A DNA stretch of 64,000 nucleotides from Octopus sinensis (lineage: Eukaryota), in contig NC_043013.1 of NCBI RefSeq assembly GCF_006345805.1, forward strand, positions 52,700,001 to 52,764,000, given 5' to 3'. Both the position numbers and the translations under genes were made by a program. This document shows positions 51,701 to 64,000 of the stretch, piece by piece. Numbering within the stretch: the stretch's first letter is position 1; every line of letters begins with the position of its first letter. The notes below the pieces were generated by a model. The model searched no databases. It was not told the origin of the DNA and worked only from the letters and a program-made list of their open reading frames with translations.

Positions 51701-54700
51701 ACTTTTGCGATTTTAGTGATCTCTTGGATAAATATAAGCTTTTTATCAATCAGTTAACTTATATTTAGCTAAGAGATCACTAAATTTTTTGTTGTTTTTC
51801 AAGTACACATATGCAACATTTTGACATTTTCTAACCTGAAAACTTTTGCGATTTTAGTGATCACTTGGATAAATATAAGCTTTTTATCAATCAGTTAACT
51901 TATATTTAGCTAAGAGATCACTAAATTTTTTCTTGTTTTTCAAGTACACATATGCAATATTTTGACATTTTCTAACCTGAAAACTTTTGCGATTTTAGTG
52001 ATCACTTGGATAAATATAAGCTTTTTATCAATCAGTTAACTTATATTTAGCTAAGAGATCACTAAATTTTTTGTTGTTTTTCAAGTACACATATGCAACA
52101 TTTTGACATTTTATAACCTGAAAACTTTTGCGATTTTAGTGATCTCTTGGATAAATATAAGCTTTTTATCAATCAGTTAACTTATATTTAGCTAAGAGAT
52201 CACTAAATTTTTTCTGTTTCAAGTACACATATGCAACATTTTGACATTTTATAACCTGAAAACTTTTGCGATTTTAGTGATCTCTTGGATAAATATAAGC
52301 TTTTTATCAATCAGTTAATATATTTAGCTAAGAGATCACTAAATTTTTTCTTGTTTTTCAAGTACACATATGCAATATTTTGACATTTTCAACCTGAAAA
52401 CTTTGCGATATTAGTGATCTCTTGGATAAATATAAGCTTTTTATCAATCAGTTAACTTATATTTAGCTAAGAGATCACTAAATTTTTTCTTGTTTTTCAA
52501 GTACACATATGCAATATTTCGACATTTTATAACCTGAAAAATTTGCGATTTTAGTGATCACTTGGATAAATATAAGCTTTTTATCAATCAGTTAACTTAT
52601 ATTTAGCTAAGAGATCACTAAATTTTTTGTTGTTTTTCAAGTACACATTTGCAATATTTTGACATTTTATAACCTGAAAACTTTTGCGATTTTAGTAATC
52701 TCTTGGATAAATATAAGGAACTTATATTTACCTAAGGGATCACTAAATTTTTTGTTGTTTTTCAAGTACACATCTGCAATATTTTGACATTTTATAACCT
52801 GAAAAGTTTTGCGATTTTAGTGACCACGGATAAATATAAGCTTTTTATCAATCAGTTAACTTATATTTATCTAAGAGATCACTAAATTTTGTTGTTTTCT
52901 CAATCAGTTAACTTATAATTCAGGGCATGTAATTCAGGGGCAGGTAATTCAATGGCATCTAATTCAGGGGTAGGTAATTCAGGGCAGGTAATTCAGGGCA
53001 TGTAATTCAAAGGCACGCAATTCAGTGGCATCTAATTCAGGGGAAGTTAATTCAGGCGAAGATAATCCAGGGGTAGGTAATTCAGGGGCCGGTAATTCAG
53101 GGCAGGTAATTCAGGGGCAGATAATCCAGGTGATGGTAATACAGTGGCATCTAATTACCAACCCCCGGATTATCTGCCCCGGAATTAGCTGCCCCATAAT
53201 TAGATGCCACTGAATTACATGCCCTGAATTACCTGCCTCTTAATAACCTGCCCCTGAATTACCTACCCCATTTTATAACCTGAAAACTTTTGCGATTTTA
53301 GTGATCACTTGGATAAATATAAGCTTTTTATCAATCAGTTAACTTACATGTAATTAGAGAACACTAAATTTTTTGTTGTTTTTCAAGTACACATATGCAA
53401 TATTTTGACATTTTATAACCTGAAAACTTTTGCGATTTTAGTGATCACTTGGATAAATATAAGCTTTTTATCAATCAGTTAACTTATATTTAGCTAAGAG
53501 ATCACTAAATTTTTTGTTGTTTTTCAAGTACACATTTGCAATATTTTGACATTTTATAACCTGAAAACTTTTGCGATTTTAGTGATCACTTGGATAAATA
53601 TAAGCTTTTTATCAATCAGTTAACTTATATTTAGCTAAGAGATCACTAAATTTTTTGTTGTTTTTCAAGTACACATATGCAATATTTTGACATTTTATAA
53701 CCTGAAAACTTTTACGATATTAGTGATCTCTTGGATAAATATAAGCTTTTTATCAATCAGTTAACTTATACTTAGCTAAGAGATCACTAAATTTTTTGTT
53801 GTTTTTTAAGTACACATATGCAATATTTTGACATTTTATAACCTGAAAACTTTTGCGATTTTAGTGATCACTTGGATAAATATAAGCTTTTTATCAATCA
53901 GTTAACTTATATTTAGCTAAGAGATCACTAAATTTTTTCTTGTTTTTCAAGTACACATATGTAATATTTTGACATATTATAATCTGAAAACTTTTGCGAT
54001 TTTAGCGATCTCTTGGATAAATATAAGCTTTTTATCAATCAGTTAACTTATATTTAGCTAAGAGATCACTAAATTTTTTCTTGTTTTTCAAGTACACATA
54101 TGTAATATTTTGACATATTATAATCTGAAAACTTTTGCGATTTTAGCGATCTCTTGGATAAATATAAGCTTTTTATCAATCAGTTAACTTATATTTAGCT
54201 AAGAGATCACTAAATTTTTTCTTGTTTTTCAAGTACACATATGTAATATTTTGACATATTATAATCTGAAAACTTTTGCGATTTTAGCGATCTCTTGGAT
54301 AAATATAAGCTTTTTATCAATCAGTTAACTTATATTTAGCTAAGAGATCACTAAATTTTTTGTTGTTTTTCAAGTACACATATGCAATATTTTGACATTT
54401 TATAACCTGAAAACTTTTGCGATTTTAGTGATCACTTGGATAAATATAAGCTTTTTATCAATCAGTTAACTTATATTTAGCTAAGAGATCACTAAATTTT
54501 TTGTTGTTTTTCAAGTACACATTTGCAATATTTTGACATTTTATAACCTGAAAACTTTTGCGATTTTAGTGATCTCTTGGATAAATATAAGTTAACTTAT
54601 ATTTACCTAAGGGATCACTAATTTTTTGTTGTTTTTCAAGTAAACATCTGCAATATTTTGACATTTTATAACCTGAAAAGTTTTGCGATTTTAGTGACCA

Positions 54701-57700
54701 CTGGATAAATATAAGCTTTTTATCAATCAGTTAACTTATATTTATCTAAGAGATCACTAAATTTTTTGTTGTTTTTCTCAATCAGTTAACTTATAATTCA
54801 GGGCATGTAATTCAGGGGCAGGTAATTCAATGGCATCTAATTCAGGGGTAGGTAATTCAGGGCAGGTAATTCAGGGCATGTAATTCAAAGGCACGCAATT
54901 CAGTGGCATCTAATTCAGGGGAAGTTAATTCAGGCGAAGATAATCCAGGGGTAGGTAATTCAGGGGCCGGTAATTCAGAGGCAGGTAATTCAGAGCATGT
55001 AATTCAGGGGCAGGTAATTCAGAGGCATCTAATGCAGGGGCAGGCAATTCAGTGGCATCTAATTCAGGGCAGGTAATTCAGGGGCAGATAATCCAGGTGT
55101 TGGTAATTCAGTGGCATCTAATTACCAACCCCCGGATTATCTGCCCCGGAATTAGCTGCCCCATAATTAGATGCCACTGAATTACATGCCCTGAATTACC
55201 TGCCTCTTAATAACCTGCCCCTGAATTACCTACCCCATTTTAACCTGAAAACTTTTGCGATTTTAGTGATCACTTGGATAAATATAAGCTTTTATCAATC
55301 AGTTAACTTACATGTAATTAGAGAACACTAAATTTTTGTTGTTTTTCAAGTACACATATGCAATATTTTGACATTTTATAACCTGAAAATTTGCGATTTT
55401 GTGATCACTTGGATAAATATAAGTTTTATCAATCAGTTAATTATATTTAGCTAAGAGATCACTAAATTTTTGTTGTTTTTCAAGTACACATATGCAACAT
55501 TTTGGACATTTCCTAACCTGAAAACTTTTGCGATTTTAGTGATCTCTTGGATAAATATAAGCTTTTTATCAATCAGTTAACTTATATTTAGCTAAGAGAT
55601 CACTAAATTTTTCTTGTTTTCAAGTACACATATGCAATATTTTGACATTTCAACCTGAAAACTTTTGCGATATTAGTGATCTCTGGATAAATATAAGCTT
55701 TTTATCAATCAGTTAATTATATTTAGCTAAGAGATACTAAATTTTTGTTGTTTTCAAGTACACATATGCAATATTTGACATTTTATACCTGAAAACTTTT
55801 GCGATTTAGTGATCACTTGGATAAATATAAGCTTTTTATCAATCAGTTAACTTATATTTAGCTAAGAGATCACTAAATTTTTTGTTGTTTTTCAAGTACA
55901 CATTTGCAATATTTTGACATTTATAACCTGAAAACTTTTGCGATTTAGTGATCTCTTGGATAAATATAAGTTAACTTATATTTACCTAAGGGATCACTAA
56001 ATTTTTTTTGTTTTTCAAGTACACATCTGCAATATTTTGACATTATATAACCTGAAAAGTTTTGCGATTTTAGTGACCACTGGATAAATATAAGCTTTTT
56101 ATCAATCAGTTAACTTATATTTATCTAAGAGATCCACAATTTTTTGTTGTTTTCTCAATCAGTTAACTTATAATTCAGGGCATGTAATCAGGGGCAGGTA
56201 ATTCAATGGCATCTAATTCAGGGGTAGGTAATTCAGGGCAGGTAATTCAGGGCATGTAATTCAAAGGCACGCAATTCAGTGGCATCTAATTCAGGGGAGT
56301 TATTCAGGCGGGAAGATAATCCAGGGGTAGGTAATTCAGGGGCCGGTAATTCAGAGGCAGGTAATTCAGAGCATGTAATTCAGGGGCAGGTAATTCAGAG
56401 GCATCTAATGCAGGGGCAGGCAATTCAGTGGATCTAAATTCAGGGCAGGTAATTCAGGGGCAGATAATCCAGGTGTTGGTAATTCAGTGGCATCTAATTA
56501 CAACCCCCCGGATTTACTGCCCGGATTAGCTGCCCCATAATTAGATGCCACTGAATTACATGCCCTGAATTACCTGCCTCTTAATAACCTGCCCCTGAAT
56601 TACCTACCCCATTTTATAACCTGAAAACTTTTGCGATTTTAGTGATCACTTGGATAAATATAAGCTTTTTATCAATCAGTTAACTTACATGTAATTAGAG
56701 AACACTAAATTTTTTGTTGTTTTTCAAGTACACATATGCAATATTTTGACATTTTCTAACCTGAAAACTTTTGCGATTTTAGTGATCTCTTGGATAAATA
56801 TAAGCTTTTTATCAATCAGTTAACTTAATTTAGCTAAGAGATCACTAAATTTTTTGTTGTTTTTCAAGTACACATATGAATATTTTGACATTTATAACCT
56901 GAAAACTTTTACGATATTAGTGATCTCTTGGATAAATATAAGCTTTTTATCAATCAGTTAACTTATATTAGCTAAGAGATCACTAAATTTTTTGTTGTTT
57001 TTCAAGTACACATATGCAATATTTTGACATTTTATAACCTGAAAACTTTTGCGATTTTAGTGATCTCTTGGATAAATATAAGCTTTTATCAATCAGTTAA
57101 ATATATTTAGCTAAGAGATCACTAAATTTTTTTGTTTTTCAAGTACACATATGCAATATTTTGACATTTTCTAACCTGAAAACTTTTGCGATTTTAGTGA
57201 TCTCTTGGATAGATATAAGCTTTTTATCAATCAGTTAACTTATATTTAGCTAAGAGATCACTAAATGTTTTGTTGTTTTTCAAGTACACATATGCAATAT
57301 TTTGACATTTTCTAACCTGAAAACTTTTGCGATTTTAGTGATCTCTTGGATAAATATAAGCTTTTTATCAATCAGTTAACTTATATTTAGCTAAGAGATC
57401 ACTAAATTTTTTGTTGTTTTTCAAGTACACATATGCAATATTTTGACATTTTATAACCTGAAAACTTTTGCGATTTTAGTGATCACTTGGATAAATATAA
57501 GCTTTTTATCAATCAGTTAACTTATATTTAGCTAAGAGATCACTAAATTTTTTGTACACATTTGCAATATTTTGACATTTTATAACCTGAAAACTTTTGC
57601 GATTTTAGTGATCTCTTGGATAAATATAAGTTAACTTATATTTACCTAAGGGATCACTAAATTTTTTGTTGTTTTTCAAGTACACATCTGCAATATTTTG

Positions 57701-60700
57701 ACATTTTATAACCTGAAAAGTTTTGCGATTTTAGTGACCACTGGATAAATATAAGCTTTTTATCAATCAGTTAACTTATATTTATCTAAGAGATCACTAA
57801 ATTTTTTGTTGTTTTTCTCAATCAGTTAACTTATAATTCAGGGCATGTAATTCAGGGGCAGGTAATTCAATGGCATCTAATTCAGGGGTAGGTAATTCAG
57901 GGCAGGTAATTCAGGGCATGTAATTCAAAGGCACGCAATTCAGTGGCATCTAATTCAGGGGAAGTTAATTCAGGCGAAGATAATCCAGGGGTAGGTAATT
58001 CAGGGGCGGTAATCAGAGGCAGGTAATTCAGAGCATGTAATTCAGGGGCAGGTAATTCAGAGGCATCTAATGCAGGGGCAGGCAATTCAGTGGCATCTAA
58101 TTCAGGGCAGGTAATTCAGGGGCAGATAATCCAGGTGTTGGTAATTCAGTGGCATCTAATTACCAAACCCCGGATTATCTGCCCCGGAATTAGCTGCCCC
58201 ATAATTAGATGCCACTGATTACATGCCCTGAATTACCTGCCTCTTAATAACCTGCCCCTGAATTACCTACCCCATTTTATAACTGAAACTTTTGCGATTT
58301 TAGTGATCACTTGGATAAATATAAGCTTTTTATCAATCAGTTAACTTACATGTAATTAGAGACACTAAATTTTTTGTTGTTTTTCAAGTACACATATGCA
58401 TATTTTGACATTTTATAACCTGAAAACTTTGCGATTTTAGTGATCTCTTGGATAAATATAAGCTTTTTATCAATCAGTTAACTTATATTTAGCTAAGAGA
58501 TCACTAAATTTTTTGGTGTTTTTTCAAGTACACATATGCAATATTTGACATTTTATAACCTGAAAACTTTTACGATATTAGTGATCACTTGGATAATATA
58601 AGCTTTTTATCAATCAGTTAACTTATACTTAGCTAAGAGATCACTAAATTTTTGTTGTTTTTCAAGTACACATATGCAAATTTTGACATTTTATAACCTG
58701 AAAATTTGCGATTTAGTGATCTCTTGGATAAATATAAGCTTTTTATCAATCAGTTAACTTATATTTAGCTAAGAGATCACTAAATTTTTTGTTGTTTTTC
58801 AAGTACACATATGCAATATTTTGACATTTTCTAACCTGAAAACTTTTGCGATTTTAGTGATCTCTTGGATAAATATAAGCTTTTTATCAATCAGTTAACT
58901 TATATTTAGCTAAGAGATCACTAAATTTTTTGTTGTTTTTCAAGTACACATATGCAATATTTTGACATTTTCTAACCTGAAAACTTTTGCGATTTTAGTG
59001 ATCTCTTGGATAAATATAAGCTTTTTATCAATCAGTAACTTATATTTAGCTAAGAGATCACTAAATTTTTTGTTGTTTTTCAAGTACACATATGCAATAT
59101 TTTGACATTTTATAACCTGAAAACTTTTGCGATTTTAGTGATCACTTGGATAAATATAAGCTTTTTATCAATCAGTTAACTTATATTTAGCTAAGAGATC
59201 ACTAAATTTTTTGTTGTTTTTCAAGTACACATTTGCAATATTTTGACATTTTATAACCTGAAAACTTTTGCGATTTTAGTGATCTCTTGGATAAATATAA
59301 GTTAACTTATATTTACCTAAGGGATCACTAAATTTTTTGTTGTTTTTCAAGTACACATCTGCAATATTTTGACATTTTATAACCTGAAAAGTTTTGCGAT
59401 TTTAGTGACCACTGGATAAATATAAGCTTTTTATCAATCAGTTAACTTATATTTATCTAAGAGATCACTAAATTTTTTGTTGTTTTTCTCAATCAGTTAA
59501 CTTATAATTCAGGGCATGTAATTCAGGGGCAGGTAATTCAATGGCATCTAATTCAGGGGTAGGTAATTCAGGGCAGGTAATTCAGGGCATGTAATTCAAA
59601 GGCACGCAATTCAGTGGCATCTAATTCAGGGGAAGAATTCAGGCGAAGATAATCAGGGGTAGGTAATTCAGGGGCCGGTAATCAGAGGCAGGTAATTCAG
59701 AGCATGTAATCAGGGGCAGGTAATTCAGAGGCATCTAATGCAGGGGCAGGCAATTCAGTGGCATCTAATTCAGGGAGGTAATTCAGGGACAGATAATCCA
59801 GGTGTGGTAATTCAGTGGCATCTAATTACCAACCCCCGGATTATCTGCCCCGGAATTAGCTGCCCCATAATTAGATGCCACTGAATTACATGCCCTGAAT
59901 TACCTGCCTCTTAATAACCTGCCCCTGAATTACCTACCCCATTTTATAACCTGAAAACTTTTGCGATTTTAGTGATCACTTGGATAAATATAAGCTTTTT
60001 ATCAATCAGTTAACTTACATGTAATTAGAGAACACTAAATTTTTTGTTGTTTTTCAAGTACACATATGCAATATTTTGACATTTTCTAACCTGAAAACTT
60101 TTGCGATTTTAGTGATCTCTTGGATAAATATAAGCTTTTTATCAATCAGTTAACTTATATTTAGCTAAGTGATCACTAAAACTTTTGCGATTTTAGTGAT
60201 CAAGATAAATATTGTTTTTTGTCAATCAGTTAACTTATTTAGCAAAGAGATCACTAAAACTTTTGCGATTTTAGTGATCTCTTGGATAAATATAAGCTTT
60301 TTATCAATCAGTTAACTTATATTTAGCTAAGAGATCACTAAATTTTTGTGTTTTTCAAGTCACATTTGCAATATTTTGACATATTATAATCTGAAAACAT
60401 TTGCGATTTTAATGATCTCTTGGATAAATAAAAGCTTTTTATCAATCAGTTAACTTATATTTAGCTAAGAGATCACTAAATTTTTTGTTGTTTTCAAGTA
60501 CACATATGCAACATTTTGACATTTTATAACCTGAAAACTTTTGCGATTTTAGTGATCTCTTGGATAAATATAAGCTTTTTATCAATCAGTTAACTTATAT
60601 TTAGCTAAGAGATCACTAAATTTTTTCTTGTTTTTCAAGTACACATATGCAATATTTTGACATTTTCTAACCTGAAAACTTTTGCGATTTTAGTGATCAC

Positions 60701-63325
60701 TTGGATAAATATAAGCTTTTTATCAATCAGTTAACTTATATTTAGCTAAGAGATCACTAAATTTTTTGTTGTTTTTCAAGTACACATATGCAACATTTTG
60801 ACATTTTATAACCTGAAAACTTTTGCGATTTTAGTGATCTCTTGGATAAATATAAGCTTTTTATCAATCAGTTAACTTATATTTAGCTAAGAGATCACTA
60901 AATTTTTTCTTGTTTTTCAAGTACACATATGCAACATTTTGACATTTTATAACCTGAAAACTTTTGCGATTTAGTGATCTGTTTGGATAAATATAAGCTT
61001 TTTATCAATCAGTTAACTTATATTTAGCTAAGAGATCACTAAATTTTTTCTTGTTTTTCAAGTACAACATATGCAATATTTTGACAGTTTCTAACCTGAA
61101 AACTTTTGCGATTAGTGATCTCTTGGATAAATATAAGCTTTTTATCAATCAGTTAATATATTTAGCTAAAGATCACTAAATTTTTTCTTGTTTTTCAAGT
61201 ACACATATGCAATATTTCGACATTTTAACCTGAAAACTTTGCGATTTTAGTGATCACTTGGATAAATATAAGCTTTTTATCAATCAGTTAACTTATATTT
61301 AGCTAGAGATCACTAAATTTTTGTTGTTTTTCAAGTACACATTTGCAATATTTTACATTTTATAACCTGAAAACTTTTGCGATTTTAGTAATCTCTTGGA
61401 TAAATATAAGTTAACTTATAATTTACCTAAGGGATCACTAAATTTTTTTGTTGTTTTTCAAGTACACATCTGCAATATTTTGACATTTTATAACCTGAAA
61501 AGTTTTGCGATTTTAGGACCAATGGATAAATATAAGCTTTTATCAATCAGTTAACTTATATTTATCTAAGAGATCACTAAATTTTTGTTGTTTTTTCAAT
61601 CAGTTAACTTATAATTCAGGGCAGTGTAATTCAGGGGCAGGTAATTCAATGGCATTAATTCAGGGGTGGGGTAATTCAGGGCAGGTAATTCAGGGCATGT
61701 AATTCAAAGGCACGCAATTCAGTGGCATCTAATTCAGGGGAAGTTAATTCAGGCGAAGATAATCCAGGGGTAGGTAATTCAGGGGCCGGTAATTCAGAGG
61801 CAGGTAATTCAGAGATGTAATCAGGGGCAGGTAATTCAGAGGCATCTAATGAAGGGGCAGGAATTCAGTGGCATCTAATTCGGGCAGGTAATTCAGGGGC
61901 AGATATCCAGGTGTTGGGAATTCAGTGGCATCTAATTACCAACCCCCGGATTATCTGCCCCGGAATTAGTGCCCCATAATTAGATGCCACTGAATTACAT
62001 GCCTGAATTTACCTGCCTCTTAATAACCTGCCCCTGAATTACCTACCCCATTTTATAACCTGAAAACTTTTGCGATTTTAATGATCACTTGGATAAATAT
62101 AAGCTTTTTATCAATCAGTTAACTTACATGAATTAGAGAACACTAAATTTTTTGTTGTTTTTCAAGTACACATATGCAATATTTTGACATTTTATAACCT
62201 GAAAACTTTTGCGATTTAGTGATCACTGGATAAATATAAGCTTTTTATCAATCAGTTAACTTATATTTAGCTAAGAGATCACTAAAATTTTTGTTGTTTT
62301 TCAAGTACATTGCAATATTTTGACATTTTATAACCTGAAAACTTTTGCGATTTTAGTGATCACTTGGATAAATATAAGCTTTTTATCAATCAGTTAACTT
62401 ATATTTAGCTAAGAGATCACTAAATTTTTCTTGTTTTCAAGTACACATATGTAATATTTTGACATTATAATCTGAAAAATTTTGCGATTTTAGTGATCTC
62501 TTGGATAAATATAAGCTTTTTATCAATCAGTTAACTTATATTTAGCTAAGAGATCACTAAATTTTTTGTTGTTTTTCAAGTAACATATGCAATATTTTGA
62601 CATTTTATAACCTGAAAACTTTTACGATATTAGTGATCCTGGATAAATATAAGCTTTTAATCAATCAGTTAACTTATACTTAGCTAAGAGATCACTAATT
62701 TTTTGTTGTTTTTCAAGTACACATATGCAAATTTTTGACATTTTATAACCTGAAAACTTTTGCGATTTTAGTGATCACTTGGATAAATATAAGCTTTTTA
62801 TCAATCAGTTAACTTATATAGTAAGAATCACTAAATTTTTGTTGTTTTTCAAGTACACATATGCAACATTTTGACATTTCTAACCTGAAAACTTTTGCGA
62901 TTTTAGTGATCTCTTGGATAAATATAAGCTTTTTATCAATCAGTTAACTTATATTAGCTAAGAGATCACTAAATTTTTTCTTGTTTTTCAAGTAACATAT
63001 GCAATATTTTGACATTTTCTAACCTGAAAACTTTTGCGATATTAGTGATCTCTTGGAAATATAAGCTTTTTATCAATCAGTTAACTTATATTTAGCTAAG
63101 AGATCACTAAATTTTTTGTTGTTTTTCAAGTACAACATTGCAATATTTGACATTTTATAACCTGAAAACTTTTGCGATTTTAGTAATCTCTTGGATAAAT
63201 ATAAGTTAATTATATTTACCTAAGGGATCACTAAATTTTTTGTTGTTTTCAAGTACACATCTGCAATATTTTGACATTTATAACCTGAAAAGTTTTGCGA
63301 TTTTAGTGGACCACTGGATAAATAA
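48798..63325. repeat. Satellite array: 141-bp AT-rich monomers (with 84-bp variants) in higher-order cassettes separated by GC-rich 14-15-bp minisatellite blocks
   Basis: AACCTGAAAACTTTTGCG recurs at 49455 and 49596 (141 bp), and 84-bp spacing is seen at 49011/49095. GC blocks at 50693-50910, 52917-53269, 54795-55236, 56172-56610, 57835-58273, 59506-59940 and 61613-62049. Confidence 0.95.
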
Positions 63326-63425
63326 NNNNNNNNNNNNNNNNNNNNNNNNNNNNNNNNNNNNNNNNNNNNNNNNNNNNNNNNNNNNNNNNNNNNNNNNNNN
63401 NNNNNNNNNNNNNNNNNNNNNNNNN
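63326..63425. other. Assembly gap (100 N) terminating the satellite
   Basis: Run of N. Confidence 1.
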
Positions 63426-63689
63426 AGAGAAACGTTGATACCCAGAGGCTAAAATATATATACAAGCTTGTATCTAAAGATACGCGTGGACTTGTGTTTG
63501 TAACTATGGTGATAAATGAAGATTTTGAAGAACTAATGGAAAAACTAATTTTATTAGAGATATATCTAGAAAATATAATCAGAAACCTCAATAAAAAGAG
63601 TCTGCGTGCTTTTAGCCACATTTATTTGAAATGAATATCATTATTGTTTAGGAAAAATATTGGTCTCAAATTTTGGAACAAGACCAGCG

Positions 63690-63870
63690 ATTTAGAGGGA
63701 GGGGGCAAGTTGGTGACTCGAACCACCGTGTTTATCTGGTACTTATTTTATCGGTAGGAAGAAAGGTAATGTCGACCTGGGCAGAATTTGACCTCAGAAC
63801 TTACAGACGGACGTAATGTCGTTAAGTATTGTTCCCTGGTGTGCTAACGATTCTGCCAACTCGCCGCCAT
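63690..63870 (-). mobile_element. Degenerate SINE family 2
   Basis: GTCGACCTGGGCAGAATTTGACCTCAGAAC..GTGCTAACGATTCTGCCAACTCGCCGCC. Confidence 0.7.
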
Positions 63871-64000
63871 CTTGTTTGGATTATTATTAACGCCTTTTAT
63901 TCCTTAATGTCATACTGTTTTGTACAATAAATTAAAATATTCAGTGTAAATGTACCGAGAGGGAAGAATTTCTGAAGAAACCCCTAAATTTCCAATAGTG

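Noticed and set aside
53025-58085. ORFs with repeated GNSG/PEL motifs (53025-53213, 57897-58085)
   Set aside because: They are translations of the 14-15-bp GC minisatellite, and the frames are not conserved between blocks.
48798-63325. CRISPR-like array
   Set aside because: The monomers are near-identical along their full length with no unique spacers, the context is eukaryotic, and there are no cas genes. It is a satellite.

Overview
This is AT-rich, microsatellite-saturated eukaryotic DNA. I cannot support any host gene in it. The SINE, LINE and Penelope repertoire suggests an octopus or other cephalopod genome, which is an inference from repeat types only. 1-41 kb is a patchwork of transposon relics: Helitron ends, mariner/Tc1 remnants, R4/Dong-like RLE LINEs in (TAA)n, a Tx1/L1-like LINE end in (GATA)n, CR1, RTE and Penelope fragments, tRNA-SINEs and MITE-like hairpins. 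Four things stand out. (i) A 481-bp non-coding unit carries a complete canonical type I hammerhead ribozyme and is arranged as a ~1-kb palindrome plus a partial tandem copy (29.8-30.9 kb; retrozyme/pLTR-like); three degenerate hammerheads lie elsewhere. (ii) A head-to-tail array of four ORF1-only (gag-like, CCHC knuckle, no RT) units lies at 42.2-48.0 kb; two have intact ~440-aa ORFs with an unassigned C-terminal domain that appears to be under purifying selection. (iii) Those units, a tRNA-SINE family and a Tx1-like LINE share a 3' tail. (iv) A 14.5-kb satellite (48.8-63.3 kb) consists of 141-bp hairpin-forming monomers organised into higher-order cassettes bounded by inverted GC-rich minisatellite arms. 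There are two 100-N assembly gaps (41184-41283, 63326-63425).
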